The position numbers were made by a program, and so were the translations under genes. Below are positions 26,101 to 35,180 of a stretch of DNA of 64,000 bases, in pieces. Positions within the stretch are counted from its first letter, which is position 1. Every line of letters starts with the position of its first letter. This DNA comes from an uncultured bacterium. Its GTDB lineage: Bacteria; UBA8481. Location of the stretch: NCBI GenBank assembly GCA_964548165.1, contig CAZJQD010000008.1:1979-65978 (forward strand), in the 5' to 3' direction. The notes beneath the pieces are model-generated. The model searched no databases. It had not been told where the DNA came from and saw only the letters and a program-made list of their open reading frames with translations.

Positions 26101-26709
26101 GTTCAGCGCGAGGACCTCTCGAACGCCGAGAGTGGCCTGACGTCGGTGGTCGGCGACATCGATCAGCGCACCATGACGCTCTTCAACGAGACCTTCCGCG
26201 CGGTGAACACCAACTTCGGCCTGCTCTTCAACCGCCTCTTCGGCGCCCGTGCCGACATGCAGGGGAGCGCCGAGCTGGTGCTGCTCGATCCGGAGAACCC
26301 CCTCGAGTCCGGGATCGACATCATCGCGATGCCGCCGGGGAAGAAGCCCCAGACGATCTCGCTGCTCTCGGGCGGTGAGAAGGCGCTCACCGCCGTGGCG
26401 CTCCTCTTTGCCGTCTTTCTCGTCCGCCCCAGCCCGTTCGCGGTGCTCGACGAGCTCGATGCGCCCCTGGACGAGGCGAACGTGGGCAAGTACGTGCAGC
26501 TCCTGCAGGAGTTCTCCCAGCGGACGCAATTCATCATCATCACGCACAACAAGCGAACGATGGAGGCCGCCGATACGCTCTACGGCGTGACCCAGGCCGA
26601 GAAGGGCATCTCGACCATCATCGGCGTGCGTATGGCGGGCCAGGCCGCGTCAGCCGGGGAGACCGAGGCGGAGAGCGCGATCGACGCCATACCGGAAGCG
26701 GCGGGCTGA
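23158..26709 (+). CDS. smc: chromosome segregation protein SMC
   Basis: GTG start with SD AGGAG. N-terminal VLKRIEVFGFKSF…GSNGCGKSNVSDAIRWVLGEQ Walker A. Long coiled coils and hinge. C-terminal LSGGEKALTAVALLFAVF…AVLDELDAPLDEANV (signature and Walker B). 1183 aa. Confidence 0.9.
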   Translation: MVLKRIEVFGFKSFPDRTVLEFPEGITAIVGSNGCGKSNVSDAIRWVLGEQSAKSLRGDRMEDLIFSGTSSRKPLNLAEVILTFDNTHGLFPIEFTEVSVGRRLFRDGTSCYLLNKQECRLRDIFDLLMDSGIGRRAHAIIEQGKIDEIITAKPEERRQIIEEAAGIAKYRSRRADALRRLEATRESLRRVDDLILELERQDQSLRRQARKAERHRELTTELKQVELAHARERARTLDEQLTAAGERVLELDKDVTRMDVELAELAVAITAGRESLDIARRQLREAGLELSEAEKASSAAESRLGEMRARQDDDARSLAAVAREIDALDQRLAAAAVSRANAAAESQALGETLAGLDARRSEAALTRDDRRAAVAAERRRGEELATERRAADAVRERLASEENFLARTLAGLAERDLALAAQLAEAIAAREALEAEAATARGELSSATEAVVEAVTARTESEERAIAAGHRFDATTQALHAAERELAVTSSRLESALARAAAEAEVVAAAAADAGCPLAPLGDALGVSAEHAAAVAAALGDVLHGVVAGGEAPDLDRLSTSLAGRAVVGEAAAKFAVAWTPREGLTPLASVLGPSAAPALRSLLSGWYLATDDVIASSQLALLAEFERIVTLSGAVHWPFGARRVPAAGTGEELSAVRVALSVARAEAAAAVAAREEEREEARAARDEARLASVAAQAHLDDKRTQARKIESRLSALTTRLADAPERALGYEREQVQAQVVTASARLAAVKEERASAAAAAESQDEELRLIAGVIRDAETAAESAQQVLAGLDVELGRARERLAGLAAEEARQAQWEAESAESRARYGAMRDEIAARQERLAQAIGEVQSEVAELVGRLAERRRTFAACETACADLECENGGLEESQRALARARESALSDRHAAEMGQMSLRGDLAVVRDRVREKYGIEDIAQIPADVSAGLEASAGRVEELKEALERLGGVNWEAKQELDEVVKRLEFYKVQREDLSNAESGLTSVVGDIDQRTMTLFNETFRAVNTNFGLLFNRLFGARADMQGSAELVLLDPENPLESGIDIIAMPPGKKPQTISLLSGGEKALTAVALLFAVFLVRPSPFAVLDELDAPLDEANVGKYVQLLQEFSQRTQFIIITHNKRTMEAADTLYGVTQAEKGISTIIGVRMAGQAASAGETEAESAIDAIPEAAG

Positions 26710-26888
26710 GTCGCGCGGGAGGTTCGCCCGGCGCCGCCAAGGCGCGCTGAAGAGCCACCAGCGTCGGCATCCTCCTGCCGCTCGATCATCTTTGCGAAGA
26801 AACTCGACGGGCATCCGGTGCGTCTGATGGCGCATGCGCACGTTTTGGCTTATGACGGGACCCGTCCGCGCCGACAGGACGTAGCGGA

Positions 26889-27716
26889 ATGGCGTCGAGA
26901 GGCGACAAGAAGGGGACAGCGCGGGACCGCCGACAGCGTCCAGGCGACGAGGAGGACGTGGCGCCCGCGGCCGCGGCCCCCGCAAGTTCACCGGTCTCCC
27001 GCTGGCGTCGCCTTCTGCTGGCGTTTGCCGGCCTCGTCCTGCTGATCGGTTCGACCGCCTTTGCCGGGGCCTGGATGGGTATCCGGTCGGTGGAAACCTC
27101 GATCAATCATGGGCCCCAGGAGGTCGAAGAGGACGAGAGCGCGAGCCTGCCGCAACTGACTCTGACGCGCGGCCTGGACATTTCGATGGAGCGCTCGCTT
27201 CCCAGGCAGGGCGGGGAGGATCGTTTCCTGAGGGGACTGGTCAACTGGCGGCCCGGGGGTCGATTATCCGAGTCGGCCCCGCAGTCACCGGTGACCCCGG
27301 ATCAGGAGGCGGACGTCGAGCGCCCGATGGTGCCGCGCCCGCTGGCGGACACGCGCGTGGATCGGGACCCGTCCATCATCAGCGCCGCGGCGGAGCGAGC
27401 GGGGAGGCTGGGGGGTGCTGAACCGATCCGCGCTCCTCGCGCCATCGCCGGCGCGCGTACGCCGGCCGAGACCGGTGCGACGGTCCCGGGCAATCCCGGC
27501 GCCGTCTTGCCTGATGCGAGCCCCCAGTACGGGGTTCCAGCCTCGACAATATCTCCTCCCTCCGTCTACAATGACGCGGTCGGCGAGGCTGGGCGGCGCT
27601 CTCCTGTTCCCTACGCGGCTGAATACGCGCCCCCGCTCATGCCACCGCCCGTTGACGCTTCGCCCTTGGAATCCGGGGATGACCCGGGTTGGCGCCAGCG
27701 AGGACTCGTACCTTGA
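26889..27716 (+). CDS. hypothetical Pro-rich membrane-anchored protein
   Basis: One TM helix (RWRRLLLAFAGLVLLIGSTAFAGAWMGI), GC3-rich coding statistics, no recognised domain. Lies directly upstream of the polysaccharide export block. Confidence 0.35.
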   Translation: MASRGDKKGTARDRRQRPGDEEDVAPAAAAPASSPVSRWRRLLLAFAGLVLLIGSTAFAGAWMGIRSVETSINHGPQEVEEDESASLPQLTLTRGLDISMERSLPRQGGEDRFLRGLVNWRPGGRLSESAPQSPVTPDQEADVERPMVPRPLADTRVDRDPSIISAAAERAGRLGGAEPIRAPRAIAGARTPAETGATVPGNPGAVLPDASPQYGVPASTISPPSVYNDAVGEAGRRSPVPYAAEYAPPLMPPPVDASPLESGDDPGWRQRGLVP

Positions 27717-27795
27717 ATGGGAGGCAGGAGGCTTGGATTCTTCCGGCATTTTGGATCTTGTGTTCAGGCGACCCGGTGCCGATGGTGCCAAGAGG

Positions 27796-29175
27796 ATGGA
27801 TGTGAAATCAGCGGATAGTCCGCGAAAGGTGGCGAAAACCGTGATGACTTACTTTGCCCACGGCGCCCGTGCAGGGCTGCGGCCGTTGACTGGCATGCTC
27901 GTGGTACTCCTGGGGCTCGTCTTGGCCCTGGTTCTCGTCGCGCCGCCGATGGAAGCGGAGGAGATTACCCTGCCGGGAGTGGGCTACACGCCCGCATCCT
28001 CCGATGTTCGGCCGGGAACTGCCTGGCGAAGCGATCGCGTCGGGGAAGAGGTCTATCGCATCGGCGCCTCGGACGTCCTGGAGATCTCGGTCTGGCAGAG
28101 CCCCGATCTCAACCGGACGGTCACGGTTCGCTTTGATGGCCGCATCACGTTTCCGCTGGCGGGGGAGGTCGTCGCAGCCGGGCTTGCCCCCACGGAATTG
28201 GCGGCCGAGATCGGCGAGAGGCTCCGGGAGTTCATCCGCAATCCCCAGGTGAATGTCACGGTCCGCGAGTTCCAGTCCCGGCAGGTGCTCGTGCTGGGCC
28301 GCGTGGGCAAGCCGGGAATCTATCCTCTCCGAGGACCTCTCAAGGTCCTCGAGCTCCTGACCGCCGCCGACATCAAGCTCAACGAGATCGATCTCAAGAA
28401 CATCACCGTCATGCGGGCGACCGGCGAGGTTCTCAAGATCGACCTGGAGGCCCTGCTTTACCGCCAGGACGTCCGTCAGAACATCGACCTTCGCGCCGGG
28501 GACAACATCTTCGTGCCGGAGCGCCCATCGGCTTCCGCGACGACGGTCCAGTCCAAGGAGATCATGGTGCTCGGCGAGGTCGTCAAGCCCGGTGCACTCT
28601 CGTTTCCGGCGGATCGCACGGTCACGGTCAAGGAGGTGCTCCTGGGCGCCGGCGGATTGACCAATGCGGCGGCGCTGACGGGGGCCAAGGTCGTGCGCAG
28701 CGACCGGATCCAGGAGCCCGTGGATCTGAACCGGCTTCTTTTCAACGCGGACATGTCGCAGGACCTCGTCCTCCACGCCGGTGACGTGCTTTACATCCCG
28801 AAGCGCCGCGAGATGAGGGTCTACGTGCTCGGCATGGTCCGCACGCCCGGCGTCTACACGGGCCAACCCAATACGCTCGATCTCATGCAGGTCCTCTCGC
28901 AGGCGGTGCCCACCCAGTTCGGCGCCGTGCTCTCCAACGTGAAGATCGTACGCGGGTGGCCGAACAGCCCCAAGGTCATCTCCGCCAACGTGGAGGCGCT
29001 CTTGTACAGGGGACGACTCGAGGAGAATATCCCGCTCCAGGAGGGCGACGTGGTCTACGTTCCCGAGTCCTTCCTGGCGAATGCCCTGGATGTCGTCCAG
29101 CGCGTCCTCGGTCCGCTCTCCGGCACGGTGAGCTTCGTCGACACCGTGCAAGACGTCTCGGACCGCAACCGCTGA
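27796..29175 (+). CDS. wza: outer-membrane polysaccharide export protein Wza (Poly_export + SLBB domains)
   Basis: Poly_export motif region (…IGASDVLEISVWQSPDLNRTVTVRFDGRITFPLAGEVVAAGLAPTELAAEIGERL…) and repeated SLBB-type modules (…VLGEVVKPGALSF…, …VLGMVRTPGVYTG…). Start uncertain: ATG 27796 chosen, alternatives 27841 and 27844. Confidence 0.75.
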   Translation: MDVKSADSPRKVAKTVMTYFAHGARAGLRPLTGMLVVLLGLVLALVLVAPPMEAEEITLPGVGYTPASSDVRPGTAWRSDRVGEEVYRIGASDVLEISVWQSPDLNRTVTVRFDGRITFPLAGEVVAAGLAPTELAAEIGERLREFIRNPQVNVTVREFQSRQVLVLGRVGKPGIYPLRGPLKVLELLTAADIKLNEIDLKNITVMRATGEVLKIDLEALLYRQDVRQNIDLRAGDNIFVPERPSASATTVQSKEIMVLGEVVKPGALSFPADRTVTVKEVLLGAGGLTNAAALTGAKVVRSDRIQEPVDLNRLLFNADMSQDLVLHAGDVLYIPKRREMRVYVLGMVRTPGVYTGQPNTLDLMQVLSQAVPTQFGAVLSNVKIVRGWPNSPKVISANVEALLYRGRLEENIPLQEGDVVYVPESFLANALDVVQRVLGPLSGTVSFVDTVQDVSDRNR

Positions 29176-29191
29176 GAAGCAGGCGAAATCC

Positions 29192-31270
29192 ATGAACGGC
29201 GAGATGTCGCTCTGGGATTATCTCCGGGTTATTCGCCGTCGCTATCGCGTCATCCTCGCCGTGCCCTTCCTGGCCCTCTTGGTATCCATGCTGTATGCCA
29301 GGAACCTGTCGGAGATTTACGCCACTCGCGCGCTCCTGGAGATCCAGAAGAACCTGATTCGCGAGGGCGCGGGACTCCAGCGCGTCTTCGTCTCGGCCTT
29401 TGAACGGGCGACGCTGACCCGGCTTGCCGGGAACAAGGAAGTCGCCGCTTTCGCCGCGGAGCTCCTGGCCCAGGATCCGGAGTTTGCGGGCATGGACAGC
29501 GCGCGGTTGGCTGATGAGATCCGGGCCACGACCCAGGTCGGCAACCTGGAAAGCTCCAATCTGATCGAGGTTGGCGCCCGGGGCTCGAATCCCTCGCGCA
29601 TCACCAAGTTCTGCAACGCCTACGCGCAGGCTGTCATCCGGTATCACGACGAGCAGCGCCGCACGAGCGTGCAGGATCTCAAGGACTACCTGCTGGCGCA
29701 GATCGGGCGTTACGCCGAGAAGATCCATGGGCTCGAGCAGGACCTCATCCGGCTTCGCGCCCAGGGCGGCGGTGGCGCGACAGCGTCTCAGCCGGACCTG
29801 GCCCTGAGGATCGAGGAACGCCTCGCCGAGCTGAGATCGCGCGCGCGCCTGTCGGACGAGAGGCTGGCGGCCGTCGATCGCGCGGCCCTTTCCTCGGACG
29901 TGGAGGCCCTGGTGGCGGCGGTTCCCATGCCCGATCTTGCCCGGGACCTGCAGGAGCTGCGTGCCAAGCGGGCCGAGCTGGCGGATCTTCTCGGGAAATA
30001 CACCGAGGTGTATCCCTCGGTGGCCAGGGTCCGAGAGACCATCAGTCGACTGGAGGAGGGTTTGCGGGGCCGGTTGCCCGGCGCCGTCGCCACCGCTCGA
30101 CAGGTCGTCCTGGCCGAGAGGGAGTCCGTGCGACGGGAGCTCGAGCGGCTCCAGGCGGAACGGGCGATGATCGCGGCGGCGATGAGCGCTCTTCCGGACC
30201 GGCTCCAGCAGGAGGGATCGGCCCAGCGGGAGCTGGCGATCGCCACGTCGGTCAACCAGATGTTCCGCCAGCGTCTGGAGGACCTGGACCTATCCCTCTC
30301 CACTCCCTCGGATCGTCTCATCCTGGCGGAGGCGGCGCAGGTGCCCGCGAACCCCTATTACCCGAATCGCCGCCTGATCCTCTCGATCGGATTTTCGATT
30401 GGCCTGGCGCTCGCTCTGGCAACGGCCTTTCTCCTCGAGACGCTGGATACCAGCCTCTCGGCGATCAGCGAGGTGGAGCGGTTCGTCGGCAAGCCCATTC
30501 TCGCGGTCATCCCCTCGATCCGGATCGCGCCGCAGAAGGTCGCGGACTGCAAGTTCCCGGTGCGCAAGGAGCTCCTGGAGCGCCTCCCGCTCCTCGTGGA
30601 TTCACGGTCGCCCGCCGCCGAGGCCTATCGCACATTGCGCGCGGTCCTGCAGAGCCGCTTCTTTGCGGACGGTGGTCGCACCCTGCTGGTGACCTCCACG
30701 ACGCCCCAGGAAGGAAAGACGACGACGATCGTCAACCTCTCCATGGCGTGCGCGGCCGCCGGCATGAGAACGGTGCTGGTGGGCGCCAACATGCGCCACC
30801 CCGTCATCGGCCGCCATTTCGCCATCGATCGAACCCGCGGCCTCAACGAGATCCTCCAGGGGAGCATGACGATCGAGGAGTGTCTCCAGGCGACGGGACA
30901 CGAGAACCTCTCGATCATCGACTCCGGCGGCTTCGCCCGGCGGCCCGCGGAGCTCCTGGCCGGCCCCCGTTTCGATGAGCTCCTGGGGAGGCTGAAGGGG
31001 AGCTTTGACGCGGTCCTGGTGGATTCCCCGCCCAGTCTCCCGGTCGCCGACGCGGCCACCATGGCGTCCAAGGTGGACGGCGTTCTTCTCGTGTATCTTG
31101 TCAGCGTGGCGCCCCGTGATGCGCTCCTTCGCTGCAAGGAGATGCTCGAGAAGGTCGGTGGTCGGATCGTGGGGATCGTCTTCAACGACATCTGGGGAGC
31201 TTCGCAAATGGATTACGCGGGTTATTACTACCACCAGAAATACGCCGGCGACGAACTGAAGAGGTTGTAG
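29192..31270 (+). CDS. polysaccharide co-polymerase / tyrosine autokinase (Wzc/GumC/EpsB-like, PCP-2a), paralog 1
   Basis: N-terminal Wzz-type region (EMSLWDYLRVI…, TM), coiled coil, second TM. Cytoplasmic BY-kinase domain with P-loop TSTTPQEGKTTT, Walker B LVDSPP, and a C-terminal Tyr cluster YAGYYYHQKY. Confidence 0.8.
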   Translation: MNGEMSLWDYLRVIRRRYRVILAVPFLALLVSMLYARNLSEIYATRALLEIQKNLIREGAGLQRVFVSAFERATLTRLAGNKEVAAFAAELLAQDPEFAGMDSARLADEIRATTQVGNLESSNLIEVGARGSNPSRITKFCNAYAQAVIRYHDEQRRTSVQDLKDYLLAQIGRYAEKIHGLEQDLIRLRAQGGGGATASQPDLALRIEERLAELRSRARLSDERLAAVDRAALSSDVEALVAAVPMPDLARDLQELRAKRAELADLLGKYTEVYPSVARVRETISRLEEGLRGRLPGAVATARQVVLAERESVRRELERLQAERAMIAAAMSALPDRLQQEGSAQRELAIATSVNQMFRQRLEDLDLSLSTPSDRLILAEAAQVPANPYYPNRRLILSIGFSIGLALALATAFLLETLDTSLSAISEVERFVGKPILAVIPSIRIAPQKVADCKFPVRKELLERLPLLVDSRSPAAEAYRTLRAVLQSRFFADGGRTLLVTSTTPQEGKTTTIVNLSMACAAAGMRTVLVGANMRHPVIGRHFAIDRTRGLNEILQGSMTIEECLQATGHENLSIIDSGGFARRPAELLAGPRFDELLGRLKGSFDAVLVDSPPSLPVADAATMASKVDGVLLVYLVSVAPRDALLRCKEMLEKVGGRIVGIVFNDIWGASQMDYAGYYYHQKYAGDELKRL

Positions 31271-31280
31271 GAGCGGCGCG

Positions 31281-33530
31281 ATGGCCATCGGCTATGAAAT
31301 GTCGCTCCAGGATTACCTCCGGGTCATCTCGAAGCGTCGCTGGATCATTGTCATCTGCGCCTTCACGATCTTCGTCACGGCCATCGTCTATACCTCGAAA
31401 CTGACTCCCCGCTACGTGGCGCAAGGACGGGTGGAGTTGAACTACCAATCGACGCTGGCGAGCCTGCTTGCGGATGCCCTGCTCTACAAGGGGAACGAAT
31501 TGGCGACCGCGATCCAGTTCGCCTCTTCGATGCCGGTGATGGAGCGGGCCGCCAGGGAGCTGGGGCTCGTGGGGCCCCAGGCGACGAAGTCCCAGGCGAT
31601 AGCCGCCGCCGCCGACCTGCAGAGCAAGGTGGGCGTATCAGGCGACGGCCAGACCAATTTCATCCAGATATCCTTCACGCACTCCGATCCGCGGTTCTGC
31701 GCGGCCGCCGTGGACGCGATCGCCAATGCCTTTGCCAGGGAATATCGTTCCAGGAACACCCGGGATGCGGACCAGATCAAGATGTTCCTGGAAGAGCAGA
31801 TGCGTGCGGCGGAGCAGAAGCTCATCGACGCGGAGAACCAGATGCTGGCCTTGAAGCAGTCCCAGCGCGGGGTCACGCTGGAGCCGGGTATCCAGGCGAA
31901 CATCCAGCGCGTCGCGGAGATGGAGGCGGAACTGGAGCGGGTGAGGGCGGAGCGTCGGGGCGTCGAGGCTTCCTTCAACCAGCTGGCGGAGGAAGAGCGG
32001 AGCGAGGTTCCAGGAGGGGAGGCGACCGCCGCGGTGCAACGCGATCCGGCGGTGCAGGCCCTCAAGAAGCAGTTGTTCGAGGCCGAGGTCGAGCTGGCAA
32101 CGCGGCTGAAAACGCTGACTCCCAGGCACCCGGAGGTTCGGGCGGCCCAGGAGACCATTCGCCGCTTGCGCACGGAGATGGAGCTCACGATCGGCCAACT
32201 GGTCGAAGGCCATCGTTCCGGGCTGGAAGCCCGCGTCGTCGCGCTTCGCACGCGCGAGGACGCGCTCCTGCGCTCCCTTCCCAACTTGCGCGCCGCGCTC
32301 GACGACCTGCCGCGGCACCAGGTGGAAGTGGCCCGGGTGCAGCGAGCGATCGTCATGAACGAGAAGCTCTTCACGTTCTTCCGGGACAAGCTGGAGGAGA
32401 AGAAGTACGACGAGCTGGTCAACAGGGAAAACGCGATCACGGTCATCGAGCGGGCCGCGGTACCGCGCGTTCCGATCTACCCTGCGCGCTCCGCCAACGC
32501 CGCGATCGGTGTCGCCATCGGATTGATCCTCGGCCTGGCCCTGGCCTTCGTGGTGGAGGCGATGGACACATCGATCGGAACGATCGAGGATGTCGAACGC
32601 ACGACGGGCCTGTCCGTCATGGGCGTCATCCCCTCCATCGCCGTGGACGAGGAGTTGCCCGGTCGAACCCAGCAACCGGTGGTGGCGCTCGATCCCGAGC
32701 GGTCCAAGGCGAAGGATCTGCACGAACGGTTGAGCGAGCTGGAGGAGGTGTCGGCAGTCTCGGCGGGATCGGGGCGTGGCGGGAGCGAGGCGTTTCGCCC
32801 CCAGCTCATCACGTTCTACGATCCGAAGTCGCCCATTTCCGAGGCCTACCGCACGCTCCGCACCAATGTCCAGTTCAAGGGCCTGATGGGCAACGCCAAG
32901 ACGCTCACCATCACGTCCTCTGGTCCCCAGGAGGGCAAGACCACGACCCTGTGCAATCTCGCCGTCGCCATTGCCCAGTCCGGCCAGCGCGTGCTCGCGA
33001 TCGGCTGCAATCTCCGTCGCCCCGCCCTGCACAAGATGTTCGGCATTCGCAAGAAGCCGGGATTGACCGACGTGCTGATCGGCGCTCGGACCTGGCAGGA
33101 GGTTGTGCAGGAGACGGGCATCGAGAACCTGCATGCCTTCTGTTCCGGCCCCATCCCGCCGAATCCCTCCGAGCTCCTGGGTTCGCCCGAGATGACGGAA
33201 CTGATCCGCCAGGTTCGGGAGGCTTACGACGTGATTCTGCTGGACTGCCCGCCCGTCCTGCCCGTGACCGATGCCGCCGTGCTGGCCTCGAAGACCGACG
33301 CGGTTCTCCTCGTGTACTTCGTGGGGCGCGCGGCGCGCGAGGCCCTGCTCAGGGCGAAGGTCCAGCTCGAGAATGTCGGCGCCAAGATCCTTGGAGTCGT
33401 CTTGAACCAGATCCCGGCCGAAGGTCGCCTCGGCTACTCCTACTACTATTATCACTACCACTATTACGGGGAGACGGCGCGCGAGGATAAATTGCAGCAG
33501 CAGAAAGTTCTCAAGAAGAAGCGCAGCTGA
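31281..33530 (+). CDS. polysaccharide co-polymerase / tyrosine autokinase (Wzc-like), paralog 2
   Basis: Same architecture as paralog 1 (EMSLQDYLRVI…; P-loop TSSGPQEGKTTT; LLDCPP). Longer C-terminal Tyr cluster YSYYYYHYHYYGE. SD GGAG. Confidence 0.8.
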   Translation: MAIGYEMSLQDYLRVISKRRWIIVICAFTIFVTAIVYTSKLTPRYVAQGRVELNYQSTLASLLADALLYKGNELATAIQFASSMPVMERAARELGLVGPQATKSQAIAAAADLQSKVGVSGDGQTNFIQISFTHSDPRFCAAAVDAIANAFAREYRSRNTRDADQIKMFLEEQMRAAEQKLIDAENQMLALKQSQRGVTLEPGIQANIQRVAEMEAELERVRAERRGVEASFNQLAEEERSEVPGGEATAAVQRDPAVQALKKQLFEAEVELATRLKTLTPRHPEVRAAQETIRRLRTEMELTIGQLVEGHRSGLEARVVALRTREDALLRSLPNLRAALDDLPRHQVEVARVQRAIVMNEKLFTFFRDKLEEKKYDELVNRENAITVIERAAVPRVPIYPARSANAAIGVAIGLILGLALAFVVEAMDTSIGTIEDVERTTGLSVMGVIPSIAVDEELPGRTQQPVVALDPERSKAKDLHERLSELEEVSAVSAGSGRGGSEAFRPQLITFYDPKSPISEAYRTLRTNVQFKGLMGNAKTLTITSSGPQEGKTTTLCNLAVAIAQSGQRVLAIGCNLRRPALHKMFGIRKKPGLTDVLIGARTWQEVVQETGIENLHAFCSGPIPPNPSELLGSPEMTELIRQVREAYDVILLDCPPVLPVTDAAVLASKTDAVLLVYFVGRAAREALLRAKVQLENVGAKILGVVLNQIPAEGRLGYSYYYYHYHYYGETAREDKLQQQKVLKKKRS

Positions 33531-34981
33531 TGTCCCTTGCCGACACCGCCAGGGGGCTGGATTCGCCCTACCGCATCGATGGAGGGCGCACGAATAGACC
33601 CATGGCCGGCGCCATGGGCGTGGTCTTCCTGGCCTTGGGAATCGTCCTGCTGCTGGCCGGGCAAGCCAGCTCGTCCGGTTCCTCCATGCTGGCGATCGCC
33701 ATCGTCAGCGTCATCGTCGTCCTCTTCACGCTCATCGACGTCGAGTTCGGCATCTATTGCCTTGTCGCGGGAATGCTGCTGTCGCCCGAGATCGAGCTGG
33801 ATTTCATCAGGCTTCCCTCGCGCGCCGTCGTCATTCGCGTGGACGACCTCATGATCCTCATGGTCAGCGCCGCCTGGTTCGCGCAGACCGCGGTGCGCGG
33901 CAAGATCGACCTGCTCATGAATACGCCCCTGAACCGGCCCATCCTCCTCTTCACGTTGCTCTCGGTGATATCCACGGTGAGAGGGTCCTTCACCGGCGCC
34001 GTCGGTTCCCCCATGACCGCGTTCTTCTTCGTCTTGAAGTTCGTCGAGTTCTTCCTGCTCTATTTTCTCATCGTCAACACGGTCACCAACGAGGAGGCCA
34101 TCAGGCGCATCATGAAGGCCTATTTCCTCACCCTGCTGGTCGTGGTGGCCTACGCCACGTGGAATGTTCTCATCGTGAAGACCCACGGCAGGGCCACGAC
34201 ACCCTTCGAGAGCTCGGAGGAACCCGGAACGCTCGGCGGCTACCTGCTCTTCTCCTTCGCCCTGGCCTTCGGCCTGCTCAACTACGTGCCTGGCATCGTC
34301 AGCAAGCTCTTCTATGGGGCCATCATGGTGGCCATCGTACCGCCCTTCCTGTACACGCTCTCCCGGGGATCCTACATGGCGTTCTTTCCGATGTTCCTGA
34401 CCGTGATCCTCTTGAGCCGCCGCAAGATCGTTCCGCTCATGCTCCTCGTCGTCACGGTCTTTGCCGCGCCCTACATGCCACAGGCCACCATAGAACGCGT
34501 GGAGTATACCTTTCAGAATCGGGTTGAGAACTTGTGGTCCAGCGATCCGGACGACAAGGTCGAGCTCGATCCTTCGTCCCTCGCGCGCCTCGAGCGGTAC
34601 GACGGGGTCATCCGCCAGTGGCAATACCAGCCGCTCCTGGGCCAGGGCGTGACCGGCGTTGGTTTCGTCGACAGCCAGATCATGCGCGTATTGGGCGAGC
34701 TGGGCATTCTCGGCCTGTTGACGCTCATCTGGATATTCAAGGCCTTGTTCCAGACGGCTCTTCGCATGTACCGCTGGTTGCCGCCCGGCTATTCCAAGGG
34801 GCTCGTGCTCGGCATGATCGCGGGTACCGCCGGCCTCATCTTTCACGGGGCCACGGCCAATACCTTCACGGTCGTGCGCATTGCCGGGCCGTTCTGGGTT
34901 ACCGCCGGTCTCACCGTCGTCATCTTCAAGATCCACGAGAAGGAACTTCTGCTCCAGGAGAGCCAGCAGCGTGCGGCTTGA
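33530..34981 (+). CDS. O-antigen ligase / Wzy-type polysaccharide polymerase family membrane protein
   Basis: ATG overlaps the wzc2 stop (TGATG). About 10-12 TM helices with a large periplasmic loop, typical of the Wzy_C/O-antigen ligase family. 483 aa. Confidence 0.65.
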   Translation: MSLADTARGLDSPYRIDGGRTNRPMAGAMGVVFLALGIVLLLAGQASSSGSSMLAIAIVSVIVVLFTLIDVEFGIYCLVAGMLLSPEIELDFIRLPSRAVVIRVDDLMILMVSAAWFAQTAVRGKIDLLMNTPLNRPILLFTLLSVISTVRGSFTGAVGSPMTAFFFVLKFVEFFLLYFLIVNTVTNEEAIRRIMKAYFLTLLVVVAYATWNVLIVKTHGRATTPFESSEEPGTLGGYLLFSFALAFGLLNYVPGIVSKLFYGAIMVAIVPPFLYTLSRGSYMAFFPMFLTVILLSRRKIVPLMLLVVTVFAAPYMPQATIERVEYTFQNRVENLWSSDPDDKVELDPSSLARLERYDGVIRQWQYQPLLGQGVTGVGFVDSQIMRVLGELGILGLLTLIWIFKALFQTALRMYRWLPPGYSKGLVLGMIAGTAGLIFHGATANTFTVVRIAGPFWVTAGLTVVIFKIHEKELLLQESQQRAA

Positions 34982-35180
34982 GGATGCGGCTCAATACCTG
35001 CTCATCCTCGCCGTCGTACTGGGCGTGTTTCTCTGGTTCTCGGTCGAATACTGGGAGCAGATCGTCGCGCCGACCTTCCAGACCATTGGCGCCTGGTTCC
35101 AGTTGCTCCGAGTGCCGGTCCTCGCGTTCTTCCTTCTCGGCCTGGCCTTTCTCCTCTTTCGCTTGAACGGCCCGAGGTGA
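34971..35180 (+). CDS. small two-TM membrane protein, hypothetical (69 aa, GTG start)
   Basis: In-frame GTG inside the track ORF 34881-35180. Two hydrophobic helices. Stop overlaps the proC GTG (GTGA). Confidence 0.3.
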   Translation: MRLEDAAQYLLILAVVLGVFLWFSVEYWEQIVAPTFQTIGAWFQLLRVPVLAFFLLGLAFLLFRLNGPR

